DNA of 64,000 nucleotides from Candidatus Nanoarchaeia archaeon (GTDB lineage: Archaea; Nanobdellota; Nanobdellia; SCGC-AAA011-G17; JAFCDX01). Both the position numbers and the translations under genes were made by a program. The notes under the pieces are model-generated. The model searched no databases and was not told the DNA's origin. It saw only the letters and a program-made list of their open reading frames with translations. Shown here piece by piece: positions 9,986 to 19,795 of this stretch; the first letter of the stretch is position 1; every line of letters starts with the position of its first letter. The stretch is from assembly GCA_028716945.1 (NCBI GenBank), contig JAQUOT010000002.1:194202-258201 (forward strand), in the 5' to 3' direction.

Positions 9986-11797
9986 CTAATATTTTTCTAT
10001 ACTTACTGCAACTCTTTTTAAATTAGCTTCTCCTGTAATGTCCAATTCTAATGGAAATAATCTATTTATTAACAATTCTGTAAAATGGAATGGAGCTACT
10101 AACAAACCAGAAGGAATATCTTCATTTATTTTTATATTTGCAATAACTTCTCCAACTTTTGAGTTTATTATTACTAAATCATTCTCTTTTAAGTTTAAAT
10201 TTATTGCATCTTGTTTATTAATTAAAATAAAAGGCTTTTTTTGTGCTTTTGTTAACGTTTTTGATCTTGAACTTAACTCATCTGCACAGAATCTATATTG
10301 ACATCTTTCTGTTGTCAAAACAAAAGGATATTTTTTAGATGTTTTTTCTTCTATATGAGAAAATTCTACAGGAGTAAAATCTGTTGTTTTTATTTTATAT
10401 TTTACAAACTTTCCATTTTCATTCTCTTTTATTTCATTTAAATTTGAATATCCAGGAAGTTTTTTAATGTCTTTCCAAATATCATTAATATTATTATATT
10501 TATAATTTAATTTGAATCTATTTGCTAGTTCTTTCATAATTAACCAGGAAGGTTTTGAATTATACATTGGTTTTATTACCTGATCAAAATGTCTTATTCT
10601 TGATTCTGCATTTGTAAAAGTTCCTTCTTGTTCAAAACTAGTACAACAAGGTAAAATAACATTAGCATATTTTGCTGTTTCATTTGGAAAAGGACTTATT
10701 AAAACTATAAACATTTTTTCAAATCTTTTTCTTATTAGATTTAAATTTGGTAATGATTTTGCAGGATCCATATTCATAACAAATAAAGATTTAACAGGAT
10801 TTTCCATTCCTAAAGCTCTAACCATTGTTCTTCCATTTTTTAAAGGAACACATTGCATATCAGAAACACCTTGAATATTTGTTTTACCTCTCATTGAAAC
10901 TATTTTTCCATTTTTAGCTAGAACTAAATTAATTGCAGAAAATATTGAGTTAGAACCATAACTATGCTGTGTTAAACCCATACCAAAACCAAATAAAAAG
11001 TTTTTAGATTTGGAAATCATTAAAGCTAATTTTTTAATTTCATCTTTTGAGCATTTACAAATACTTTCTACGTGTTCTATGTTGTATCTTTTTAATATTT
11101 CTCTTAGTTCTTCATCAACATCAACTTTATCCCATTCTACTAATAGATTTAAAACACAATTTAATAATGCAATATCAGTGGAAGCTTCTATTTTAATAAA
11201 TAAGTCAGCATAATGAGCGGTTTCATTTTTGAATGGTCCAACATATATTAATTTACAACCTGCTTTTTTTGCTTTTAGTATTCTATTGAATATTATAGGA
11301 TAGGTAAATAATGGATTTGTTCCCATTAACAAAATACAATCTGCTTTTTCATAGTCTTCAAATTTAGAAGGCATTCTTGTTATTCCAAATGCTCTAAAAA
11401 AAGCATAACAACTTGCTGCATGACATATTCTTGCACAGGAATCTATATTATCTGTATCAAAATAATCTCTTGCAAACTTTTGAAATAAAAAACAATCTTC
11501 ATTTGAGCTTGGAGAACTGGCTAGAAAAGCTATATCTGTCTTGTAAATGTCTTTTGTTTTTTTGTATATATAATCGTAAGCATTTTTCCAGCTAGTTTTT
11601 ACAAATTTATTTCCTTTTTTTATTAAAGGCTGCTTTATTCTGTCTTTTGCCTCTAAAATTTCATAAGAAGTTAAGCCTTTTACACAGGGATTTCCAGAAC
11701 TGACATAATCATGAGGATCTCTATTAAATACGATTTTATTGTCTTTCTTTATTTTTAATGAACATCCACAACCGCAATAAGGGCAAATAGTTCTCAA
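9986..11797 (-). CDS. molybdopterin oxidoreductase, formate dehydrogenase alpha (FdhF)-like
   Basis: CPYCGCGC..CVKG 4Fe-4S motif, DSCARICH, GMGLTQH, RGKTNIQG, GTFTNAESR; TTG start with GAGGTG Shine-Dalgarno. Confidence 0.85.
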   Translation of the reverse strand: MRTICPYCGCGCSLKIKKDNKIVFNRDPHDYVSSGNPCVKGLTSYEILEAKDRIKQPLIKKGNKFVKTSWKNAYDYIYKKTKDIYKTDIAFLASSPSSNEDCFLFQKFARDYFDTDNIDSCARICHAASCYAFFRAFGITRMPSKFEDYEKADCILLMGTNPLFTYPIIFNRILKAKKAGCKLIYVGPFKNETAHYADLFIKIEASTDIALLNCVLNLLVEWDKVDVDEELREILKRYNIEHVESICKCSKDEIKKLALMISKSKNFLFGFGMGLTQHSYGSNSIFSAINLVLAKNGKIVSMRGKTNIQGVSDMQCVPLKNGRTMVRALGMENPVKSLFVMNMDPAKSLPNLNLIRKRFEKMFIVLISPFPNETAKYANVILPCCTSFEQEGTFTNAESRIRHFDQVIKPMYNSKPSWLIMKELANRFKLNYKYNNINDIWKDIKKLPGYSNLNEIKENENGKFVKYKIKTTDFTPVEFSHIEEKTSKKYPFVLTTERCQYRFCADELSSRSKTLTKAQKKPFILINKQDAINLNLKENDLVIINSKVGEVIANIKINEDIPSGLLVAPFHFTELLINRLFPLELDITGEANLKRVAVSIEKY

Positions 11798-11887
11798 TGT
11801 AACACCTCTTGTTATCTATTATTTATTAGTATTTATAATGGTTTTCTTTTTAGAAAGATATAAAAGGAGGGTTTGGTTTAAGTTGAT

Positions 11888-12097
11888 ATGGCTTATTCAG
11901 ATTTTATTACAAATTTAAAAATAAATCAAAATGTACTCGTATTAGCTATCTTTCTTATAAGCTTAGGTTTTTCTGAAGTTTATTCCTTAAACTATTTGTT
12001 TTGGATATCTTTATTTGGTTCTTATATAATTGGAATATTTGTAATAATTTCTATGGTTGCTTATACCTACAACTATTCTAAAGGAAAATTAAAATGA
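11888..12097 (+). CDS. small membrane protein
   Basis: 69 aa, two hydrophobic helices. Confidence 0.55.
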   Translation: MAYSDFITNLKINQNVLVLAIFLISLGFSEVYSLNYLFWISLFGSYIIGIFVIISMVAYTYNYSKGKLK

Positions 12098-12264
12098 GTG
12101 AAGAAATTTCTATAATTATTGCTATTTGTATAGCTTTCTTTAATTTTGGAGCATTATTATTTGGTAGAACCTTTTTAAACGAAGAAACTAATAAAATATT
12201 AAAATATGTTAATATATTAAGAAATATAGGATTATTAAAAGAAACTGAAGATATTAAAAGATGA
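12094..12264 (+). CDS. small membrane protein (56 aa, not in ORF track)
   Basis: MSEEISIIIAICIAFFNFGALLFG..; ATGA overlaps at both ends. Confidence 0.6.
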   Translation: MSEEISIIIAICIAFFNFGALLFGRTFLNEETNKILKYVNILRNIGLLKETEDIKR

Positions 12265-12518
12265 AAAATAAAACATTATCCAAAAAATGGAGTATTATTA
12301 AAGATTTTTTTAAATATGTATGGAGTGGTAAAATAGCAAATGATGATAGATTTCAATTTACTATGACAACTGCTTTATATACCTCTACTATGATTCTTGT
12401 CATACAAATTATGTTAGATTATTTAACTTTACCACAAAAAGCATTTTTATTATTTTTAATGATTATTCTTACGTCCATTGTAATATGTTGGTATCATTAT
12501 AAACTTAATAAAAAATGA
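12261..12518 (+). CDS. small membrane protein
   Basis: 85 aa, two hydrophobic helices, ATGA-coupled. Confidence 0.55.
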   Translation: MKNKTLSKKWSIIKDFFKYVWSGKIANDDRFQFTMTTALYTSTMILVIQIMLDYLTLPQKAFLLFLMIILTSIVICWYHYKLNKK

Positions 12519-12520
12519 GT

Positions 12521-12540
12521 ATTCCAAAACCCTTTCCACC
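12521..12540. repeat. imperfect direct repeat, copy 1
   Basis: ATTCCAAAACCCTTTCCACC, 17/20 identical to 13587-13606. Confidence 0.35.
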
Positions 12541-12700
12541 CTTGCCGTCTCTTAAAGAATATTCCATAAATAAGTAAAGAATATCTAACTTTTAAGGCTT
12601 GCTACTTAAGAAATCTTCATTTTAAGTATTATTCATTAGTGATGAAAAATATGTTATTTAGTATATAAATCCTTAAAAATAATAAGCCCGTAAAAAAGGT

Positions 12701-13288
12701 ATGACCCATAAATGGAAAGATAAAATAAAACCTGTAGATCCAGCACAAATGCCGGTTCAAACTAATATTCCAGTAGACCCTAATTTAATGACTTTTGGAG
12801 ATATGAAAAGCTTTCCACCAAGACAATTTATAGAAAAATATGAAAGGTGGTGTCCAAAATCAAATGCAGAATATTGTGGCAGAGGAAAAAATTTTTTAAA
12901 TTTTAAAAATCAAAAAGCGCTTGAATCAGTTTTAAAAGCCATTAAAAAATTTAAAAATGAATTTACAATAAGAGATATTATAAGAACTTTAAATGCGGAA
13001 CATTTAACTGATGGCTCTTTACAAAGAAGGGTATTATCTTATTTAGTTTGTAAAGGAATTATAAACAAAAAAAGAATAGAAATTAATAAAAAAGACGAGA
13101 AACTTAAAAAGCCAAAATATTTATTTACAATAGTTAAAGAACCAAAAGAGTGTGAATATTTAAAATTAATAACCTTTACTAAAGGTAGACTAAAAGGAAA
13201 ACAAAAATTAACTTGTACTTTAGATTGGACAAATGAATCTGAAGAGACACGTTATTTTGATGAAAATGATGATGGAGAATTATTTTAA
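12701..13288 (+). CDS. basic hypothetical protein, possible winged-helix DNA binder
   Basis: FTIRDIIRTL..RRVLSYLVCKGII wHTH-like segment, acidic tail. Confidence 0.55.
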   Translation: MTHKWKDKIKPVDPAQMPVQTNIPVDPNLMTFGDMKSFPPRQFIEKYERWCPKSNAEYCGRGKNFLNFKNQKALESVLKAIKKFKNEFTIRDIIRTLNAEHLTDGSLQRRVLSYLVCKGIINKKRIEINKKDEKLKKPKYLFTIVKEPKECEYLKLITFTKGRLKGKQKLTCTLDWTNESEETRYFDENDDGELF

Positions 13289-13309
13289 TTTTTTTAAAAA
13301 TAAATAAAA

Positions 13310-13576
13310 ATGAGCGATAATTTTTTTATTGATTTGTTAAAGATGTTATTATTAATTTCAGTACTTATAGTGATAAATAAGGCTTGTCATAATGAACCCT
13401 TAAATATTACAAATTTTAGTGATTTTGAAACAGATTCTAAAAATGCTATGGAAAACACAACAATTGTTGCTGAAAAAGTTTTTAATACTTCTCTTTGGGA
13501 CGAAAAAATAAATAAAACTGGAGAATTTATTTCAGAAATTGTAAATAATAATTCAACAAAAAATGAAACTCTCTAA
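13310..13576 (+). CDS. small membrane-anchored protein
   Basis: N-terminal TM, several N-x-S/T sequons. Confidence 0.55.
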   Translation: MSDNFFIDLLKMLLLISVLIVINKACHNEPLNITNFSDFETDSKNAMENTTIVAEKVFNTSLWDEKINKTGEFISEIVNNNSTKNETL

Positions 13577-13586
13577 AGGTTACAGC

Positions 13587-13606
13587 ATTACAAAACCCTT
13601 TACGCC
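13587..13606. repeat. imperfect direct repeat, copy 2
   Basis: ATTACAAAACCCTTTACGCC. Confidence 0.35.
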
Positions 13607-13691
13607 TAGATGGTTTATATTTGTAGGCTCGATTTTTCTAATTATATGCTCTTTAATCGCTTTAATTAGATATTATTTGAAATAATATTAA

Positions 13692-14099
13692 TTATTGTCT
13701 ATATCTAATCCAAAGGAAAATTCCTATTCCAAAAGAAAGTATACCTACTATTCCGATTACTAAAGAAACATGCAACCAAAAATATGCTCGTTCAAATAAT
13801 AAACTTTGTGAATTTATCTTAAAGTCTGTAATATTATTTTGAAAATTATAATTTGATTTTGATAATTCTTCTATCTCTTTTGGAAATAAAGGGGTTTGCG
13901 TTTCAACAGAAATCTCTGTAGCCGATTTTAATATGTTATCTGCTTTTTCAGCTTCTTTATCTAATTCGATACTAATTTTATCTAATCTATTTTCTAAAAA
14001 ATAATCTGTTCCAATTTGTATTAAAAAACTAAATAGAATAAGAGTTAATCCCAATGACATTAAAAACTTTCTAGGGTTATCATAATTTATGTTTAACAT
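13692..14099 (-). CDS. two-TM hypothetical membrane protein
   Basis: Hydrophobic helices at both ends. Confidence 0.6.
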   Translation of the reverse strand: MLNINYDNPRKFLMSLGLTLILFSFLIQIGTDYFLENRLDKISIELDKEAEKADNILKSATEISVETQTPLFPKEIEELSKSNYNFQNNITDFKINSQSLLFERAYFWLHVSLVIGIVGILSFGIGIFLWIRYRQ

Positions 14100-14214
14100 A
14101 AAATTAGATATGTTTTATTAGAATATAAATCTTTCTCGAAATATTATAGCCCATTACTATTAACACTGATAGAAATTGGAAAATAGAGTTTAGCTAAAAA
14201 AGAAGTTATAATTC

Positions 14215-14967
14215 TTAAGCATTAACCTTCTTAAAGAAATACCCACCTAATATAACAATAAATACAGTAAATCCAACTAATACGATAAAACTTAACAAAG
14301 GATTTATCTCAGACGTTCCTAGTAGTCCATATCTAACACCTTCTACACCATAAGACAAAGGATTAAAATGAGCTATTGTTTTTAATATAATAGGAGCATT
14401 GCTCAAAGGAAATAAAGCCCCTGATAAAAAGAATAATGGAAACATAAGAAAATTCATTATCAACTGAAAACCATGCATATCTTCCATTTTAGAAGCAATA
14501 GCTATTCCTAAAGCAGTAAAAGACAGTCCAATTAGTATCATAAAAACAAATGCAATTAAAAATCCGTATAAACTAAAAGAAGTCAATCCTGCAACAAACA
14601 TTGCCAATATCAAAGTCAATGTTCCCTGAATTAAAGCAGTAGTAGCTCCTCCTATTGTCTGCCCAAACATTATAGAAGTTCTTGAAACAGGAGCAATCAA
14701 AGTTTCTTTCAAAAATCCAAACTGCTTGTCCCATATTATCTGTATTCCTGAAAAAATAGAAGAAAACATTACTGTCATTGAAACTATTCCAGGAACCATA
14801 AATTTAACATAACTTCCAGTACCAGGCAAAGACATAACAGAATTTAAACCAAATCCAAGTATGATTAAAAAGAATAATGGCTGTGCTAAACTTCCAATGA
14901 TTCTGCTTTTAGATCTTATAAATCTTTTAATGCTTCTAAGCCAAAGAGTATAAATAGCACCAGTCAT
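14215..14967 (-). CDS. ABC-2 type permease (DrrB-like)
   Basis: DKQFGFLKETLIAPVSR, FFLSGALFP, NPLSYGVEG. Confidence 0.92.
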   Translation of the reverse strand: MTGAIYTLWLRSIKRFIRSKSRIIGSLAQPLFFLIILGFGLNSVMSLPGTGSYVKFMVPGIVSMTVMFSSIFSGIQIIWDKQFGFLKETLIAPVSRTSIMFGQTIGGATTALIQGTLTLILAMFVAGLTSFSLYGFLIAFVFMILIGLSFTALGIAIASKMEDMHGFQLIMNFLMFPLFFLSGALFPLSNAPIILKTIAHFNPLSYGVEGVRYGLLGTSEINPLLSFIVLVGFTVFIVILGGYFFKKVNA

Positions 14968-15953
14968 CTTCTCATTCTCCTTACTCTAAATTTAAAATTG
15001 TCTTCAGGAGTTGCTTCTTCTTCTCTTATTGTTTTTCCAGTATAATACAAGAATACATCTTCCAAAGTTGGTTTGTTAATAGCTAAAGTATGGATTGTTA
15101 TTTTATTTCTGTCTGCTAGTTTAACTATTTCTGCAACTCTTGTTTCTGCATGCTCTACATTTATTGTTAAAGAACTATTGTGCTCTTTAAATGATTTGCA
15201 AAATTTATATTTTTTTAATATATTTAGTAATTTTTCTCTTTCATTAGTTCCTATTGTAATAATATCTCCACCTATTTTATTTTTTAAATTTGCAGAAGTG
15301 TTTATAGCAACAATTTTACCATTATCTATTATTGCAATTCTATCGCATAATTTATCTGCTTCATCCATGTAATGTGTTGTTAAAATTATTGTAACATTTT
15401 TTTCCTTGTTAAGAACTTTAATATGGGCCCAGATTTTATTTCTTGTTTGTGGATCTAATCCTAGAGTAGGTTCATCTAAAAACAAAACTTTTGGCTCATG
15501 TAATAATCCTCTGGCAATCTCTAATCTTCTTCTCATTCCACCTGAAAAAGTTTTAACTAAATCATTTTTTTTCTTGTCTAATTCAACTAATTGTAATAAT
15601 TCTATTATTTTTTTCTTTCTTTCATTTTTAGGAACATTATATAATCTACCATGGAAATCCATATTTTCGTAAGCAGTTAATTCTTCATCTAAAGTAGGAT
15701 CTTGAAATACCATTCCAATAGAATGTCTTACATTATCTCTTTGTTTTTCTATATCAAAACCATTAACACTAGCTTTTCCTTTAGTAGGACTCAATAATGT
15801 AGCTAGCATAGATAATGTAGTTGTTTTTCCTGCCCCATTAGGACCTAAAAATCCAAATATTTCCCCTTGTTTTACTGAAAAGCTTATATTATCTACAGCT
15901 AGAACTTTATCAAATCTTTTTGTAAGGTTTTTTATCTCTATAATATTTCCCAT
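14964..15953 (-). CDS. ABC transporter ATP-binding protein (DrrA-like)
   Basis: GPNGAGKTT, FSGGMRRR, LDEPT, PTLEDVF. Confidence 0.95.
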   Translation of the reverse strand: MGNIIEIKNLTKRFDKVLAVDNISFSVKQGEIFGFLGPNGAGKTTTLSMLATLLSPTKGKASVNGFDIEKQRDNVRHSIGMVFQDPTLDEELTAYENMDFHGRLYNVPKNERKKKIIELLQLVELDKKKNDLVKTFSGGMRRRLEIARGLLHEPKVLFLDEPTLGLDPQTRNKIWAHIKVLNKEKNVTIILTTHYMDEADKLCDRIAIIDNGKIVAINTSANLKNKIGGDIITIGTNEREKLLNILKKYKFCKSFKEHNSSLTINVEHAETRVAEIVKLADRNKITIHTLAINKPTLEDVFLYYTGKTIREEEATPEDNFKFRVRRMRR

Positions 15954-15997
15954 GATATAAAATCCATTAAAAATCTATTTATAAATCTTATTAATAA

Positions 15998-16375
15998 TTA
16001 AAGGTGTTCTTTTATCCAATTAACAAACATTATTGCATTCTTAAAATTATCTTCAGAATCTTGTTTTTTTACTTTAACAGGCCTGTAAGTCATTTTATGT
16101 CTTTCATTTAATAATTTTCTTAACAAGTCTGTTTTTTCTTCTTTAAATTTATTAGCTGCTTCCCTATGCAAATCCAGAGCTTCGTAATGGCTCATGCTTG
16201 CAATTTTTTCCAGATGGTGTATTGTAAAGGCATCATTAGCAGCTATGCAAGCAGTTATGGAATGATCTATAGATGCTTTAAACCTATTTTCATTCATATT
16301 AGACTTAGCACTTTCTATAAATTCAAATGCATCTTCTAATCTAATTTTAGCATTTTCCTTTTTTTCAGACTGCAA
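15998..16375 (-). CDS. HEPN domain protein
   Basis: Helical HEPN pattern, SH, R-x4-Y (RHKMTY); follows an MNT gene; TTG start with GAGGTG. Confidence 0.8.
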   Translation of the reverse strand: MQSEKKENAKIRLEDAFEFIESAKSNMNENRFKASIDHSITACIAANDAFTIHHLEKIASMSHYEALDLHREAANKFKEEKTDLLRKLLNERHKMTYRPVKVKKQDSEDNFKNAIMFVNWIKEHL

Positions 16376-16987
16376 TTAAATCACCTCTAAAACATCTTTT
16401 CCATAAAGAGTTTTGTTATCCTTTATCAAGCTAACTATAGAAGCTTCCTTTTCTTTAAAAAGTTTTTTAAAAATGGCTATATTAATTATATCATAAGAAA
16501 TCAGTATTCCATTGCTGTATTTTTTAATAATATTCTCTATATATTTAGCATCTATCTCTTTATTTATTATTATCATTAAATCTAAATCTGATTTAAAAGT
16601 AAATTTATTTTTTATGGCAGATCCAAAAAGGATTATAGAAACGATGCCTTTTTCTTTTTTTATTTCATCTGCTATTTTTTGTGCAATATGCAAAGCTAAA
16701 TTATTTTCTTTATCAAACAAGTCTATAAGAATGTTTTTAACGAAATAATTTTCTTTGTTTATTGAGATTAATTTTACTTTCCCTTTATTAATTATCTTGA
16801 TTACTCCAGAATCAGCCAGTTCCTTTATTAAAGAAGAGATTCTTACCCTGTGTATATCTGTATTTTTTGCTAATTCATTGATATTATAGTTCCAATTTTC
16901 GTGAAGGCTTAACTCTCTTAAGAGTTTTAATTTATTTCCAGAGTTCAATATATTATCAAGTAACATTTTTGTTACATTATGTAACAT
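16376..16987 (-). CDS. HTH plus minimal nucleotidyltransferase (MNT) antitoxin
   Basis: N-terminal HTH (NINELAK..), ILFGS..SDLDL. Confidence 0.85.
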   Translation of the reverse strand: MLHNVTKMLLDNILNSGNKLKLLRELSLHENWNYNINELAKNTDIHRVRISSLIKELADSGVIKIINKGKVKLISINKENYFVKNILIDLFDKENNLALHIAQKIADEIKKEKGIVSIILFGSAIKNKFTFKSDLDLMIIINKEIDAKYIENIIKKYSNGILISYDIINIAIFKKLFKEKEASIVSLIKDNKTLYGKDVLEVI

Positions 16988-16995
16988 ATTTGTTA
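16961..16995. promoter_or_regulatory. inverted-repeat operator candidate at the MNT start
   Basis: TGTTACAT-T-ATGTAACA core inside TAACA/TGTTA repeats. Confidence 0.6.
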
Positions 16996-17107
16996 TATAT
17001 AAATCTTTTGGTTAATCCCTAAAAAGACAAAGATTAACTTTTAACAGAAAAGCCCATAAATAATAAAATGTTACAATTTATGATAAAACATTAGTTTTGG
17101 AGGAAAA

Positions 17108-17347
17108 ATGGTGCAAGCGATTGTAACTTTAAATAAAAAAGAAGATAGAATATTAAATATAATTAAAGACAAATTTGGTTTAAAAAATAAATCTGAAGCC
17201 ATAAGCTTAATTGTAAATAAATATGAACAAAAATTTTTAGAACCGGAATTAAGACCTGAATTCATAGAAGAAATGAAGAGAATAAAAAAAGAAAAAACTA
17301 TTCCTTTTAAAAGTATAGAAGATTTACGTAAAAGATTTGAAAAATAG
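17108..17347 (+). CDS. DUF2683-like antitoxin
   Basis: MVQAIV..NIIK.KFGLKNKSEAI..LEPELRPEF; GGAGG Shine-Dalgarno. Confidence 0.75.
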   Translation: MVQAIVTLNKKEDRILNIIKDKFGLKNKSEAISLIVNKYEQKFLEPELRPEFIEEMKRIKKEKTIPFKSIEDLRKRFEK

Positions 17348-17433
17348 GTGTATTCTCCGTAAATAAACTTTCTAAAACAATTACATTTGAAAATTATAAG
17401 CATCACGATGAGATTTATAAAAATCCATTTTAA
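17348..17433 (+). pseudogene. 3' remnant of a RelE/YafQ-like toxin
   Basis: Frame from 17350 reads VFSVNKLSKTITFENYKHHDEIYKNPF*, directly after the antitoxin; no in-frame start. Confidence 0.65.
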
Positions 17434-17437
17434 ACAG

Positions 17438-18700
17438 TTATTCGTATCTTAAAGCATCAACAGGATTTAATTTTGAAGCTCTATAAGCAGGAATTGCTCC
17501 AGCTATCATTCCAATTATCATAGAAAATAATAATGCTCCTACAATCAATTGTATATTTACTGCTGATGAACTAAACATTCCTCTAGCCATTCCACTACTT
17601 GTTCCAGCCAATGAATTTATTGAACTTGAAGCAATTATACCTAAGATTACCCCACCTATGCCTCCAATTAATCCAATTAATCCAGAATTTAAAAGAAAAA
17701 TAATCATAATGTCAATATTTCTTGTACCGATAGCTTTCATAATTCCAATCTCTTTAGTTTTTTCCAAAACAGAAGTAAACATTGTATTTGCAATACCTAT
17801 AGCTCCAACAATTAAAGAGATTGCAGCTATTGCTCCCAAAAAAAGGGTCATAGTACTCATGGTTTCTTTCATAGTTTCTTGCATTGCCTCAGGGTTAGAT
17901 ACTGTAAAATCTTTATTTTTTTCTTGTAATATCCCTCTAGATAACATTAATTTTTTTGTTATATCTGAAACAGTCTGATTAGAAATATCCACATCTGCGA
18001 TTTTTACAGAAATAGAATTAAAATCTTTTTCTCCAACATCTTCTAAAATAGCTCTAGCAATATCTATAGGAATATAATATGAAGAACCTTCTTCTAAAAT
18101 TCCAACAACATTAAAAGATTTCCCTGCAATTAATATTTTATTATTAAGAGATACTTCTTTTCCAAAAACAGTTCCAGCTACATTTTTTCCTATAACTACA
18201 GAATAACTATCTCCTTTTGTTAAAAACCTTCCAGAATCAATTGTATCTGTAGTAATATCTTTCCATATAGAGATATCTACTCCATTAACTTTTGCATCTT
18301 TAACTGTTTTCCCAGAATAAGCTATATCTGCGGTTCCAGATATTTGTCCCATAACTAATTTTACATTTGGAGTTGCTTTTATTACAGTTACGTCTCTTGC
18401 AGTTAAATTTTTTGATTCAGTAGTACTAGATATACTACTTCCTCTGCCTTCTCCAGGTCCTCCTTCTCCACCACCAAAACCTCCTCCCATAGCTCTTTGC
18501 ATACCTTTAGTTACTGTAAGAACATCTGCACCCAAACTTCCAAGTCTTTCTTCTAATTGTTGTTGTGCTCCTAAACTTATAGAAATAATACTAACAACTG
18601 CGGCAATTCCAATTACAATTCCTATAATAGTTAACCAGCTTCTTAATTTACTATGAATAAAAATATTAAGAGCAAGTTGAAAACATTTTTTAAATTTCAT
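17438..18700 (-). CDS. MacB/FtsX-type ABC permease
   Basis: RSWLTIIGIVIGIAAVV, GIANTM.SVLEKTKEIGIMKAIG, PAYRASKLNPVDALRYE. Confidence 0.93.
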   Translation of the reverse strand: MKFKKCFQLALNIFIHSKLRSWLTIIGIVIGIAAVVSIISISLGAQQQLEERLGSLGADVLTVTKGMQRAMGGGFGGGEGGPGEGRGSSISSTTESKNLTARDVTVIKATPNVKLVMGQISGTADIAYSGKTVKDAKVNGVDISIWKDITTDTIDSGRFLTKGDSYSVVIGKNVAGTVFGKEVSLNNKILIAGKSFNVVGILEEGSSYYIPIDIARAILEDVGEKDFNSISVKIADVDISNQTVSDITKKLMLSRGILQEKNKDFTVSNPEAMQETMKETMSTMTLFLGAIAAISLIVGAIGIANTMFTSVLEKTKEIGIMKAIGTRNIDIMIIFLLNSGLIGLIGGIGGVILGIIASSSINSLAGTSSGMARGMFSSSAVNIQLIVGALLFSMIIGMIAGAIPAYRASKLNPVDALRYE

Positions 18701-18702
18701 TT

Positions 18703-19794
18703 TTAGGATTGTTTCTTTTTGTCCTTGATTTGGGTATTAACAATCCATCCTGGGGTAGGACCTGCATTATGAATAATGGTTTTTTCTTTTTTAAATATTC
18801 TTTTAACTTTAATGAATATGTCTCTTAATGTTTTCTTTGTCTTTTCTGGGTATTTTCTGTATAAAAAATATACGATTATTAAAATAACTAAAATTATAAT
18901 CCATTTATACCAACTAATTCCAGAAGATTTTGCTTGTCTTCCTGCAGCAAAATTTCCAGTCATACCCAGCATAGAAGAATTTGTCATAGATAAAGGAATT
19001 TCCATCATTACTATTCTTCTTTCACCAATATTATCTGTATAATAAATATCAAATTTTAATTTATTAGAAAAACTTTTAAAATTAGCTGATTCATTTACCT
19101 TCATAGTCTTTGAATTTTCAACTACTGGACCCCCTTTTTTTTGAATTGTAAATGCAACCAAAGTATAATCTCCACTTTCTAAATTTCCTACCATTTGGCC
19201 GTTGGTACCACTGACTGAAAAAGAGTCTTGTTCAGGAACTCTAACAATAACTGAATTAGCAGTATACTTTCCAACATTAGCTATAGCAATAGAAACTTCA
19301 GAACCAGTACTTTCTTGTAATACTGCATCAAATTCTGTTTGTACATCTTCTATAGTAACATTAAATTCATCTCCTATTGTAAAATATTCTGGAGCAAGAC
19401 TGGTTTTTGGATAATAAAACAATTTTATTTTATATTCTCCATCTAAAGCATCTCCAGCAACTTTAACTTTGTAAGGAATAGTCCAAATAGCTTTATAATT
19501 TTCTTTGGAATATAAACTACCTGTTATTGTTTGAATTGGATTTTCATTTGGATCTAAAGAAAACGGATAATTTGGGTTTAACATTACTGAATATCCATTA
19601 CAACCCACCATTGAAGAAGTTTCAAAAGTTAATGTTACATATTCATTTGGAACTGCCGGATTTGGATCTTGATTTACAAGTTTTATTGTAGGATTACAAG
19701 AAGAGTAAACTTTACCAGTACTATATAATCCTGCAGAAACAAAACTAATACTAATTAAAAATAAAATGATTATTCCAATAAAAATATTTTTCAT
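18703..19794 (-). CDS. COG1361-like secreted Ig-fold protein with C-terminal TM
   Basis: NQDPNPAVP, ANVGKYTANSV, VGNLESGD; lies between the ABC genes. Confidence 0.7.
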   Translation of the reverse strand: MKNIFIGIIILFLISISFVSAGLYSTGKVYSSCNPTIKLVNQDPNPAVPNEYVTLTFETSSMVGCNGYSVMLNPNYPFSLDPNENPIQTITGSLYSKENYKAIWTIPYKVKVAGDALDGEYKIKLFYYPKTSLAPEYFTIGDEFNVTIEDVQTEFDAVLQESTGSEVSIAIANVGKYTANSVIVRVPEQDSFSVSGTNGQMVGNLESGDYTLVAFTIQKKGGPVVENSKTMKVNESANFKSFSNKLKFDIYYTDNIGERRIVMMEIPLSMTNSSMLGMTGNFAAGRQAKSSGISWYKWIIILVILIIVYFLYRKYPEKTKKTLRDIFIKVKRIFKKEKTIIHNAGPTPGWIVNTQIKDKKKQS

Positions 19795-19795
19795 A

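Noticed and set aside
9986-11797. Selenocysteine-containing FDH
   Set aside because: The active-site residue is an ordinary Cys in an uninterrupted ORF
12515-12577. Fourth coupled mini-ORF MSIPKPFPPLPSLKEYSINK
   Set aside because: Only 20 aa; an ATGA overlap alone is insufficient support
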